Virus record (IMG/VR): IMGVR_UViG_3300021254_000021
Location: 32,001-96,000 of that record
Origin: a virus
Lineage: Duplodnaviria; Caudoviricetes
Reading direction: 5' to 3' (one strand)
DNA: 64,000 bases
Shown here: one piece after another, positions 12,601 through 19,445 of the stretch
Layout of the letters: every line of letters begins with the position of its first letter
Position numbering within the stretch: the stretch's first letter is position 1
Made by a program: the position numbers and the translations under genes
Notes under the pieces: model-generated
Told to the model about the DNA's origin: nothing
Databases searched by the model: none
What the model saw: only the letters and a program-made list of their open reading frames with translations

Positions 12601-12974
12601 ATGATAGAAAGAATTTCTGTGGTATTTCTAACATAATAGCCAGTACAATTTGGGGTGTTAGTGCTACTGGTTATGGTGACTCTTATAGTAGTGTTTCAAG
12701 AACTACAAGTAGTTCAGGTGTAAGTAAAGGTGGAATAGGTGCTGTTAGACAAATGGTATTATACAGAACAGGTACGAAAAGTGAGATGTATATGGGCACT
12801 ATAATTAGTGATGGAACACTCTCTTATGGTAGTATATCTTTTAACTCACAGGGTATGCCCACTCCTTACAGAGATCAGAGTACAACAGCAGATGGAACAT
12901 GGGTAACGCTATCCACTATTCCTTCTCAAACATCCACCACTATTTATTTAATTATTGCAGTACGTATAGCTTAA
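3639..12974 (+). CDS. giant long tail fibre / receptor-binding protein (3111 aa)
   Basis: AGGAG RBS; many fibre repeats (ETDPTVPxWAK..KPTYTASEVGALP, PTKTSxLTNDxGFIT, DLATVATSGxYNDL); LamG/ConA-like segment LPTGYSQVEYIQSNGSSYLDTG; followed by a fibre chaperone. Confidence 0.85.
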   Translation: MFQVELTSYGQTQISAQVIIEGTILLLDQIDNISSLTSISSYSTVYDDEAVGNIKGSLGNVRILDLGNTSYQAKTILFYKTVNNEKKILGGYSQGTPLIQKVNQQLNLFLSFDFSAFTHGFLFSSIQAGFSTATHNTDGLVHIEDPDIESDNQYSVYSKPQVDALLLRNDTELILGTQAAATANWTGVTKRNALYVGMQINYFLPFASAAGSNLTLTLANNTTTDAIPVYFRGATVVSTHFPVGSLIQLTYMENVTIGSTTITKGWFADSDYIDGNTTTYISTSQPLKAGTNGIYGRCLVMRTGVDTWESIMLSYSNKVANHVLNTSGFYPDVIYYTSGTTKVNSGSNTTATHYNIYNTLSYTNYFADVTTTPLVVGKPFYFVGTFHNDGKFYFNNPNYYAQEVTTDDIYVLVGIAYSATTISLLPEHPMYTLKDGVVTQITHQSFVNSEKIDGLENSIPTNTSDLNNDSGFITSSDIPTNVSAFNNDAGYLTSYTETDPTVPSWAKQPSKPTYTASEVGALPDSTVIPTVYDATLTIKKNSSDNGDTFTANASQNKTINLDLATVATSGSYNDLSNKPTIPTKTSELTNDAEFITAEDIPSDISAFNNDVGYLTSYTETDPTVPAWAKEQNKPSYTLDEVTDGSTRKLSDYVPTTRKVNNKALSADITLNLDDVADGSNRKLSNYVPYGEIFSTINGFDNRRQWLFEVHNVLWAATQRYDVTMSGFSTGATTTFFDGSFETQCKVTAGNTGVITIAGKNGTKMFDGGYPYGYLEVAFYYTSIPESVSCRVYSDWSQNPGWHLFTLTNVCKYNNQALYRGQNTGFYGVTQMEITVVAKAGNDASVTEIAFYQTRGTLQQLAVFNKGIAQTLYYNLTGPKFIVTGGTSNQFMKADGSLDSNTYLTSSALAPYELSANLKEGAYVDVDETTMTSTSGNLPTGKAVASYISGLNYATVSQIPTNVSQLANDVPYLTQHQSIKTINNNSLVGTGNVQLDLGDHNVIESISVDGDAQTITNKNVDLHIPDDIVSIETIGSFYRNNVSGTGSISKPVANCYGQFPTISVAGTYSVRVRMYSSTSTYTLNVTFGTNSYSLTSSSGIIDDTRTLTLASGAVWNGTLPGSVASNTVIRVHVYKTGVVINTVGVAAVSNDYNDLDNIPTIPTATSQLTNDSGYLTQHQSLAGVVATAQYNSTNKTIEFYNSSGTKLNTDIDATAFIKDGMVDNVEVSNGKLIISFNTDAGKEDIEIPISDIFDASNYYTKTETDSEISGAITALNLGTASTKNYSTDMNTSANLPTTSAITTYISNQNFATTSQIPTKISDLTDDVNYATQSDLSGYVQKISSSTDNAIVRFDGTSGAVQNSGVTIDDSNNLLIPLGSSGTFSQNAKLVIGNAWFGSNTTGGLAYGVKSGSTYTGYYTFESTAFRPVSTSDNAIDIGTSSYRWKDLYIAGKICKNGTYKITVPSATGTMALTSDIPTNVSQLTNDANYITLSSVPTNVSQLNNDANYISTETDPTVPSWAKQPSKPTYTASEVGALPSNTFIPANTSDLNNDAGFITTSDLSPYELSANLKEGAYVDVDENTTTASSTNLTTGKSMAAYVSSQNFAKVSQLPTVNNATLTIQKNGTTVNTFTANASSPVTANITVPTTVAELTDASNYVTENDLETTVQDYLEDHQNVIVAGNNITITSSSSVLPTGYSQVEYIQSNGSSYLDTGLAPTDTTKIIVDIFNNSTGSFYVIGARASSSSTIILAQSGSSTGAVLSGTFNGTSITAKTGSTNWSRTSLGQRYVITLETNNGTGFYEIEDLTNDREFSASISYSTIGTVSTHILLCAFNSSNVLGGTTRVYRCEIYRDDVLAFQGIPCYRNSDGRYGLYDTVSDTFITSSSSTQFTGSTEINDVLTISSKDEKAQWGKITGTLSNQIDLNTALGLKANSADLATVATSGNYNDLTNKPTIPTVNNAKLTIKKNSSDTGTEFTANASSPVTCNLGLKEGAFVDVDETTMTSSSNNLPTSKAVATYVSGLGYLTTETDPTVPSWAKQSSKPTYTASEVGALPDSTTIPSKTSQLTNDSGFITLSDVPAIPSKTTARSDQGYLYNGQSVDVVMNNIGFSNANNLINTSGVTAYVAIRANSNNPFLGLKEGSNLWYAQAASNYFYFGPTSAKALRLDQSGNGTFQTGTCTATGFKYKNGTTEGRQDQFLKADGSLDSNTYLTSYTETDPTVPAWAKTPNKPTYTASEVGALPSTTVIPTDTGDLTNNAGYINQIKTINNESLIGTGNITISGGPTYTAGEGISLSNNTIKTTGIPFGICDSTSTATAFTVTVPGIYKLEDGVCCMVKNGVVTSASGFTLNVNGLGGKPCYTNLAASTRDTTIFNVSYTMLFVYDSTRVSGGCWICYRGYDSNTNTVGYQLRTNSSTLPVKFKTYRYRLYFTSFDGNYFVGANSSTSTDNTTARTPTTEKINPFGRIIYYSTNGTTNSGANLTATAIWNQYTVSIGYSFTVSLVDDKPVYVKCSPQSDGSAIIDSDTPIVQTLPSSNDGKIYILLGIAYSTTAFELIPNHPVYYHDGTGIRLWSGKDSYSKTEADSSFVTINSDQTITSNKTLQFGKKLYLGSAYSYIAGSSNSGSIHICAFLSTNSSFYTEFDVTSNGLTLTKHSGTSEAPVETKLVNLSYTLDANKLQVWTTLLMKGSVLEFGDTSNNSTIYFRIRSVDRTVNSQTVKDTYLDVQSDGRLNVSYGNNIKCYVDTDGVTISDSKTLTFNGANSNYSTSLQNDNFTSTLKMTGVFAPSTTETYTLGTSSLKWSNVYSTTFTGNLTGDVTGKFATARNINGLAFDGSADIQNFAQCTTEGNVAAKTATITGLTVSNGIDIYIHFSASNTATDPTLNINDTTAYPIYFGANKAGTTQESSWYSGEIVHFVFFTMGGGRWYAIGRSHAVFGYDTFGYNIAQGYPYNMYTAKSSGARHVVDTTSPSSTNTAMMLTMWSKTDDRKNFCGISNIIASTIWGVSATGYGDSYSSVSRTTSSSGVSKGGIGAVRQMVLYRTGTKSEMYMGTIISDGTLSYGSISFNSQGMPTPYRDQSTTADGTWVTLSTIPSQTSTTIYLIIAVRIA
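5127..10370 (+). repeat. dispersed coding repeats inside the giant fibre
   Basis: ETDPTVPxWAK block begins near 5127, 5493, 8169, 9726 and 10290; LKEGAxVDVDE x3; A-x-LTI[KQ]KN..FTANAS x3. Confidence 0.85.
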
Positions 12975-12988
12975 TTAGGAGACTTTAA

Positions 12989-13408
12989 ATGAGCGACGAA
13001 TCCTCTGATAAACTTACCATTATTCGTGCTGAGTATACTAATTCAAGTCATACTCAAGCTCTTGTTTTAATGAGAGATAAGGATAATGTAGACTATCCTT
13101 ATTTCTTTTGTCCGAACTCGGGTGATGAATCACCTATGTATCTTTATTTAAATGACCTCTATAATAAAGGGGAATTAAAGATAAGCATAAATAAAGCAGT
13201 AGATGAAGAATTGCTTTCGGCAGAGGCTTTGATGAAAAGGAATACTCTGTTAAAAGAGAGTGATTATTACATGGTTGATGATTATCCCATATCTAAGGAA
13301 AAGAAAGAGGAGATGAAGGCTTATAGACAGTCTTTAAGAGACATTACTAAACAAAAGAGTTTTCCAGACAATATTGTTTGGCCAAAAAAACCAGAGGTGG
13401 ATGCATAA
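12989..13408 (+). CDS. tail fibre assembly chaperone
   Basis: KRNTLLKESDYY..DYP..AYRQSLRDIT.Q..FP.NIVWPKKP is the typical Tfa/phage tail assembly chaperone C-terminus. Confidence 0.85.
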   Translation: MSDESSDKLTIIRAEYTNSSHTQALVLMRDKDNVDYPYFFCPNSGDESPMYLYLNDLYNKGELKISINKAVDEELLSAEALMKRNTLLKESDYYMVDDYPISKEKKEEMKAYRQSLRDITKQKSFPDNIVWPKKPEVDA

Positions 13409-13635
13409 TGCCAGAATTAACTTTATTCTTTGTCCTTAATTCATCCTCTCTTATATGTCCACCAACCAATATAGAATATCTGGATAATATAGGCCGATGT
13501 GTCTATATCTGTATAGAAGGGAGAGATTACCCCTGTATTACAGGCCCTTATGAGAATATGCAGACAGGTAAAGCAGACTTAAATTTACTTAACAAAGTCT
13601 GTGAAGATTTCGGAGTGTGTTATAAACCAGAATAA
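13408..13635 (+). CDS. hypothetical protein (75 aa)
   Basis: ATG overlaps the upstream stop (TAATG) with GAGGT RBS, suggesting translational coupling. Confidence 0.55.
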   Translation: MPELTLFFVLNSSSLICPPTNIEYLDNIGRCVYICIEGRDYPCITGPYENMQTGKADLNLLNKVCEDFGVCYKPE

Positions 13636-13685
13636 ATATCTACTACTCTAGTAGAATATTCTACTTAATTTAAGGAGAATTAAAC

Positions 13686-14075
13686 ATGTCATACCCATCT
13701 AGCTTAGACCTCGCTTTTGGTTCAGAAAAAGCAACAGCAGACCCTATAGGTCGTCTTTCTTTTGGTAAAGGTGGTAATTCTGATTTACCTAAAACTTCAG
13801 AAGAATTACATCAGTTAGCACAAGAGGGATTAGCATTCTTTGTTATGCTTGGTGCGGATAATACATTGGATTTAAGTGATACAGAACGCATACCTAGTAC
13901 TGTAGTAGAGACATTACCAGAGAATTTAAAAGGTGTTGTTATTGAAGACCCAGAGGATATGTCAATCACATCTCATACATACATAGTAACTACAGATCCT
14001 TTAGTTATCACTGTTAATTCAGTACCAGAAGGTGTTAAAGGTGCTTATATTATCCTTAAACAGGCTGTTGATTAA
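13686..14075 (+). CDS. hypothetical virion protein, paralog of 24111..24500
   Basis: AAGGAG RBS, TATCTA upstream; LDLAFGSEK.TADP.GRLSFGK shared with the minus-strand copy. Confidence 0.7.
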   Translation: MSYPSSLDLAFGSEKATADPIGRLSFGKGGNSDLPKTSEELHQLAQEGLAFFVMLGADNTLDLSDTERIPSTVVETLPENLKGVVIEDPEDMSITSHTYIVTTDPLVITVNSVPEGVKGAYIILKQAVD

Positions 14076-14111
14076 CCTAATCTATATAGCGTAACATCGT
14101 AAAACTTATCT

Positions 14112-14147
14112 ACCCCTTATAGGATTACCTGTAAGGGGTTTCTTTTT
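14112..14147 (+). terminator. rho-independent terminator
   Basis: ACCCCTTATAGG-ATTA-CCTGTAAGGGGT plus T-rich tail. Confidence 0.75.
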
Positions 14148-14167
14148 GTCCATTAAGGAGAGTAGCT

Positions 14168-16387
14168 ATGGTAAAACTAAGAAGAGTAAATGAGGCAGTG
14201 GATTCCAGTCATACCTCAATTATGTTTAATATGGCAAATTCATTTGCCGATAAAGGTTGGTATAAATTTCATGTTAAAAATTCTGACATTTCAGGTTGGG
14301 TATCTAAAGCAAATACCAGAGACAGCATAGAAGAGAAGGGTGGGGCTTATGTTACCACTGATGAAGTGGAATTAAGAGAGAGTCCTTCTAAGAATAGTGA
14401 TGTCATAGAGACAGTAAGACCAAACACTACTCTCCTTTTAGAGGATGAGAAAGATACTATTGATGCCACTTATTCGGACAAGGGTATGACGGTAGCTTTT
14501 AAATTAACAGAGAATGATGACCCTCATAATACTAAAGAAGGGAAGGCTTGGTTAAAAGCAAATAAAGGTAAAGACTTCATTTATAAAGGTGCGGGTCTTA
14601 CAGGCAATCTACGTTTTAACATTATTAAAAACAACTCAGGTAAACGTGAGCTTATTGTTGACAATGTTATTGTAGGCAAAGACAGCAATCTTTTAGTCTT
14701 ACAAAAGAAGTTAGTAGCGGATAAACCAAAAGAAGGAAGACTTACTGGTAAAAGTGTAAAGCCTTTTGAAAAACCACAGCCTTACACTATCACTAATTTA
14801 GCTACACCCACATTCCAGTCTTATATAAAGAAAACAAAAGACAATATTATAAAGGATATTGCTTTAGCTCTTAGTGAAGTGGTAGAGCTTCCTGCTAAAG
14901 AATCCACTACATACTTCATTGATTATGATGAGAATTTTAATCGTATTAATGAAGGGTACATTACAGAAGCAGAGACAGAGGAAGATCAGAAAAAGATTAG
15001 TTGGAAGGATGAGGATGTCCAGAAGGCTATCACAGATACCATTAAAGGGTTGGAGATTAATAAATCTAAGACAACCGATAAAGAGTTAATCTTTAAGTAT
15101 AATGGTAAGAATGGTTCTCTCCATCTTCAAGGTTATATGCTTGTTTTAGACACGGATACCGATGATGATATTCCCGCCACGAATTACCCTGTTAAAGACA
15201 AGAATAATCTTACCATAGAAAATCTCTTAGATACGATTAAAACAGTATTCTCTCGTAGGGAAGCTCGTTTAGCGGACAGTGACAAAGAAGAAGTAAAAGA
15301 GACTAAGAAAGAAGCTCATAAATGGGATGATGATATTCAGTCCGATGAATTACCTAGTCCACATGATTTAGATGCCTTTTACATTCTTAAGGGAAAGGTG
15401 GATGAGGAAGGTCACGATTTCTTTGAGGAAATCGTAGGGGATGAAAAAGGGTATATCTCTAAGGATGAAGCAATACAGATTGCCACAGACCTTCGCTATA
15501 ATGATCCTGACAGTCTCTTTGGTGTAACAGAATTGGTGGACATTGCTTACTTTATGAATGACACCTTCTGGGATGCTTTAGATGAAGGGGAGATAAAAGT
15601 TATTTGGAACTCGGTGGATTTAAGCAATAGTGGTATGGATACTATAGAGGAAAAAAGACTGGATGAAGCTAATGAAGATCATCCCGTAATGGAAGATCCC
15701 ACCATTGACAATTCCCCAGTTTTCCAAGATGTTGCTAAGTCCCGCTTTATGGAAAAGCTGTCCAAGTCTTTAATTATAGCCCCAGAATATAAAGGGGAAT
15801 GTAATTGCTTGGATGCCTGTGATGGTGATTTAGTTTGGCTTTATCTTTCACCTTCTTATGCCATAGAGCAACTCTCTGACATTGTTCTACCTCTCTGTAT
15901 TACAGGTAGAAAGGTGACAATGCCTGTTGTAGAGATGCCAGATCCTAATGCAGTATTTGGTGGTGATTTCTCTGAAAATGCTTTAGCTGAATACGACAAT
16001 GCTGTACAGGATTATATGCTTAATGATGCACCTATGTCTGATATAGCTATGTTGGATGTGGATAATGCAGATGATGTTAAAGCACAGGTTGTTGACTTAG
16101 TTAATACTATGGCAGACAGCTATCAAAACAAGAAAATGGAGCTGTCTGATGCACTAGATCTTAAAGGTGATTCTCTTTTAAAAGAATCCCGCTACTTTAT
16201 TGTTCCTAGTGACACAGATTTAACTTCGGATAAAGAAGTTAATAAACTGACTCCACTGGGTTATACCGATTTAGCTATAGCTCAGAATGAATTAAATAAC
16301 TTGGCAGACAGTGGTCGTTATGACTTTGATCTTAAAATCTTAGACACCAATTTCTCAAATAACAAAGAGAAGTGGACACTCGTATAA
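14168..16387 (+). CDS. putative internal head protein with SH3b-like segment
   Basis: MVKLRRVNEA leader; GWYKF..SGWVSK and VELRESPSKNSDVI SH3b-like motifs; acidic C-terminal half; upstream of head genes. Confidence 0.55.
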   Translation: MVKLRRVNEAVDSSHTSIMFNMANSFADKGWYKFHVKNSDISGWVSKANTRDSIEEKGGAYVTTDEVELRESPSKNSDVIETVRPNTTLLLEDEKDTIDATYSDKGMTVAFKLTENDDPHNTKEGKAWLKANKGKDFIYKGAGLTGNLRFNIIKNNSGKRELIVDNVIVGKDSNLLVLQKKLVADKPKEGRLTGKSVKPFEKPQPYTITNLATPTFQSYIKKTKDNIIKDIALALSEVVELPAKESTTYFIDYDENFNRINEGYITEAETEEDQKKISWKDEDVQKAITDTIKGLEINKSKTTDKELIFKYNGKNGSLHLQGYMLVLDTDTDDDIPATNYPVKDKNNLTIENLLDTIKTVFSRREARLADSDKEEVKETKKEAHKWDDDIQSDELPSPHDLDAFYILKGKVDEEGHDFFEEIVGDEKGYISKDEAIQIATDLRYNDPDSLFGVTELVDIAYFMNDTFWDALDEGEIKVIWNSVDLSNSGMDTIEEKRLDEANEDHPVMEDPTIDNSPVFQDVAKSRFMEKLSKSLIIAPEYKGECNCLDACDGDLVWLYLSPSYAIEQLSDIVLPLCITGRKVTMPVVEMPDPNAVFGGDFSENALAEYDNAVQDYMLNDAPMSDIAMLDVDNADDVKAQVVDLVNTMADSYQNKKMELSDALDLKGDSLLKESRYFIVPSDTDLTSDKEVNKLTPLGYTDLAIAQNELNNLADSGRYDFDLKILDTNFSNNKEKWTLV

Positions 16388-16398
16388 GGAGAGGAAAA

Positions 16399-17097
16399 AT
16401 GATTCGTTATAAAAAAGAACGCAAAGAGATCGTTGAGATGAACTCCAAGGATTTATTGGAACAGTACATTAAACTGTATCGGAGAGAATTACCTAAGAAC
16501 TTTGGAGTTGCCTTAGATAGAGTATCTACTACATTCTTTGAATTTAGTTCCTTAGACAACCCAGAGGACACCGTTCGGCTTCCTTATTCTATATTGAGTA
16601 GTGGTGTAGTAGAAATGGATATGACACCTCTTGGTGGTAGAAATGCCGCTCCTATGACTCTACGAGCCGCTTCTGGAAATAGATGGGATATGTATGAAAA
16701 CATTAAATATCTTGGCAGAGCTTTAAAAAGCCACTTTGCAGAGAATAAGAAAGAAGAGTCACGTAGATATGAAAGTAGAACTACGGATGTTTGGAAAGAA
16801 ATTGTGGCTAAGATAAAGAAGGATGCTATAGCCAGAAAATTGGTGGTTGCAGACAGTAAATTAAACAGCCTTACACTTGCTGATAAGAATGATCCTGATA
16901 AAGCAGTAAAATTAGACGTTGATTTAATGAATACTGGTTCGGGTGAATGTATTGTCAGCTTAGGTAAAAAGACATGGAAGATGGGTGATACTCAAATCCG
17001 TGATAGAAGCATGAAAGGTGGAACAAAGACACCTGATATGAGCAAGCAGATTGAGAACATACTTGATATGGTAGAGTTTACAATGGGTCGTAAGTAA
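16399..17097 (+). CDS. hypothetical protein, probable head-internal
   Basis: GGAGAGG RBS before ATG 16399 (start reassigned from 16372); basic N-terminus MIRYKKERKE. Confidence 0.6.
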   Translation: MIRYKKERKEIVEMNSKDLLEQYIKLYRRELPKNFGVALDRVSTTFFEFSSLDNPEDTVRLPYSILSSGVVEMDMTPLGGRNAAPMTLRAASGNRWDMYENIKYLGRALKSHFAENKKEESRRYESRTTDVWKEIVAKIKKDAIARKLVVADSKLNSLTLADKNDPDKAVKLDVDLMNTGSGECIVSLGKKTWKMGDTQIRDRSMKGGTKTPDMSKQIENILDMVEFTMGRK

Positions 17098-17123
17098 AAC
17101 AAATTAAATAAACTCCTCTAAAG

Positions 17124-17156
17124 AAAAGCCGCAGGGATAACCCTTGCGGCTTTTTT
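17124..17156 (+). terminator. rho-independent terminator
   Basis: AAAAGCCGCAGGG-ATAA-CCTTGCGGCTTTTTT. Confidence 0.8.
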
Positions 17157-17200
17157 ATTATCTAACATTTAGTATGTTACTCTCTTATTGGAGATTGTTT

Positions 17201-18139
17201 ATGCTTAAATTAAAAAGAGTACAGGAAGCAAAACAGGTTGGAATATTATACCATGTATGTGGTTTATCCTCAGCCTTATATAATATTAAACATAACTCCA
17301 TTACTCCCAGTGGTGCGGCCAATGACAGAAATGGGAAAAGGACTATATCCTTTACCAGAGACAAACTTTATCTAGTAGATACAGTCTCTTTAACTTCACC
17401 CATTCTTTTCCAGTTTGTTATAGACGGGGACAAGCTATCTGAAAACAATAAAATAGCTCCCTATGCCGCACCAGATTATAGTGAGGAATATTCTGAAAAA
17501 GAAGAAGTGATGGAAGGCTCACTTAAAGATCTAAAGAAGTTCACTAAGAGTTTGAATATCCTCATTATAAAAGACATCTTTACCCGTGCTAATCCAAGAA
17601 TCTTTAAAGGAATAGCAGACAGCTTAGAAGAGATGAAAGGTAGTGGGATACCGATGGATATAGTCTCTATCTCTGGCAGAAGAAACCCAAAGATTGTTAA
17701 GACGGATTTACCAAAAGATATAGATGCTTTTATAGCTCTATGTAGAAAGATTCATGCTTATGACAGCCCTAACATCTTCATTGCTATAAATAGTATATGC
17801 AAACAATTCTTTGGTAAATTAGGGGATGTTACAACAGGTAAAACAAAGATTACAGTAGAGTTTGATGAGGATCAGTCATTAAAGAATGTGGGTGATTTAA
17901 TTAACGCTATTGTAGAGATCATAGAAGAAGAATTAGAGAGCAAGAAACCAACCGTATCAACCTCTCCAAATAAAGAATCTACAATGTCTCTCTCTAAATT
18001 ACTAAACAGTAAGACTATGAAAATAGAGTCTTTAACTGTTTATCCCATGTTTGATTACATGACACATAAGACTCCTATTATTGCACTGAGCTTAGTAAAA
18101 CCAGATACTAAAGCCATATATATCAACTTTCCATTATAA
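17201..18139 (+). CDS. putative virion-packaged ADP-ribosyltransferase-like protein
   Basis: Start reassigned to ATG 17201 (GGAG RBS); MLKLKRVQEA leader; LYHV ... ISFTRD ... IDGDKLS ... SEKEE fits the H-S-E ART-fold motif order. Confidence 0.5.
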   Translation: MLKLKRVQEAKQVGILYHVCGLSSALYNIKHNSITPSGAANDRNGKRTISFTRDKLYLVDTVSLTSPILFQFVIDGDKLSENNKIAPYAAPDYSEEYSEKEEVMEGSLKDLKKFTKSLNILIIKDIFTRANPRIFKGIADSLEEMKGSGIPMDIVSISGRRNPKIVKTDLPKDIDAFIALCRKIHAYDSPNIFIAINSICKQFFGKLGDVTTGKTKITVEFDEDQSLKNVGDLINAIVEIIEEELESKKPTVSTSPNKESTMSLSKLLNSKTMKIESLTVYPMFDYMTHKTPIIALSLVKPDTKAIYINFPL

Positions 18140-18209
18140 TAGCTTAGAATAAATCTATGCACTAACAATCTATTTTAATGTTAGTCTTTTTAACGGTAGG
18201 AGTAAAAAG

Positions 18210-19442
18210 ATGAGTAGTAAATTGGTAACAGAATCCTTAATATCGGAGATGCGTGTTGTCGATAAAGACTCAAGCTCCCCTGCTCTTTGTATTATGGAAG
18301 GGCCATGTATGGAGTTTGATAAGGTCAATAGAAATAACCGTATCTATTCCAAGAAGTTGATTGAGGATAGAATCTTAAATAACTCAGTCGTTCAGGAAGC
18401 ATTAAAGAATAAGTCCATGTTAGGTGAAGGTGGACATCCTGAAACCAGAGTAGAGATTTCTTATCCAGATGTAGCTCTGTGTGTAGAGAAGCTATGGATT
18501 CCAAAAGATTCTAAGAATCTTTTATGGGGTCGCTTTGCTATCTTGGATACACCAGTAGGACGTATTTTAGAAACTTTAGTAAAATACGGTTCTTCTATTG
18601 GTATCTCTGCAAGAGCTATGACTGATTCCGTCGAAAAGGATGGCCATGAGGTTATATCAGAAACAACTTATGACCTCATTACTTTTGATGCTGTTCCTGA
18701 TCCCGGCTTTAAATCAGCCCGTCTTTCTAAAGTAGAATCTGCGATGCGTCCCATAGATTCTATGACTATCTCTGAACTTCAATCCGCCAGTTCCTCTTTA
18801 AAATCTGCAAAAGTACAGGCTTTTGAAAGCAGAATCCGAATGATTGATAAAGAGATAGAAAGAAGAAAGGCAATGGATATTAGCGTTGAAATCCAACAGA
18901 TAAAAGAGTGCCTTTCTTATATAAAGAAAGCGTACTCATTATCTAAAGTAGAGGATGTAGATTCTCTAATAGCTATGTCCAATACCTTTATAAATGAGTC
19001 TAAGATTAGACTTGAAGTATTTAAACGAACAAATGCAGAGTTAAAAGAAGAAATGGAAAGACTAACGTCTGAAAATCGGGCTCTACAAGAGGAAATAAGT
19101 AGATTGGATAATCTACTTTATACCCGCTCTTTATCACCCGATTATCTTACACAGTTAGACCATCTTAATACTCTGGTAAAACGAATAGAATCTTTACAAA
19201 CAGATAAATCCTCTATCAAAGAATCCAGAACATCTAAGGAATTTTCCAATAGATATTGTGTTAAAGAGAATAGAATTAGAACGCTTTTATCTAATTCTAA
19301 TGAAGGGTCTGTTTGTTCTCGTGACTCGCAAAAGATTGCTCAGTTTGAGCGTGAGCCAGATATTTTAATTCATTCAGAAGAATCGTCGCAAGAAATAGAG
19401 GATTCATTAACACGCACAATCCGTGCGCAAATAAGGAGATAA
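18210..19442 (+). CDS. prohead protease (T4 gp21-like) with C-terminal coiled-coil extension
   Basis: NRNNRIY, LGEGGHP (His), ILDTPVGRIL, GISARA (Ser), TFDAVPDPG (Asp); directly upstream of the capsid gene. Confidence 0.9.
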   Translation: MSSKLVTESLISEMRVVDKDSSSPALCIMEGPCMEFDKVNRNNRIYSKKLIEDRILNNSVVQEALKNKSMLGEGGHPETRVEISYPDVALCVEKLWIPKDSKNLLWGRFAILDTPVGRILETLVKYGSSIGISARAMTDSVEKDGHEVISETTYDLITFDAVPDPGFKSARLSKVESAMRPIDSMTISELQSASSSLKSAKVQAFESRIRMIDKEIERRKAMDISVEIQQIKECLSYIKKAYSLSKVEDVDSLIAMSNTFINESKIRLEVFKRTNAELKEEMERLTSENRALQEEISRLDNLLYTRSLSPDYLTQLDHLNTLVKRIESLQTDKSSIKESRTSKEFSNRYCVKENRIRTLLSNSNEGSVCSRDSQKIAQFEREPDILIHSEESSQEIEDSLTRTIRAQIRR

Positions 19443-19445
19443 CAA

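Noticed and set aside
3639-12974. Diversity-generating retroelement target in the fibre
   Set aside because: No reverse transcriptase, and no template/variable repeat pair differing only at adenines was seen. The repeats differ mostly at synonymous positions.
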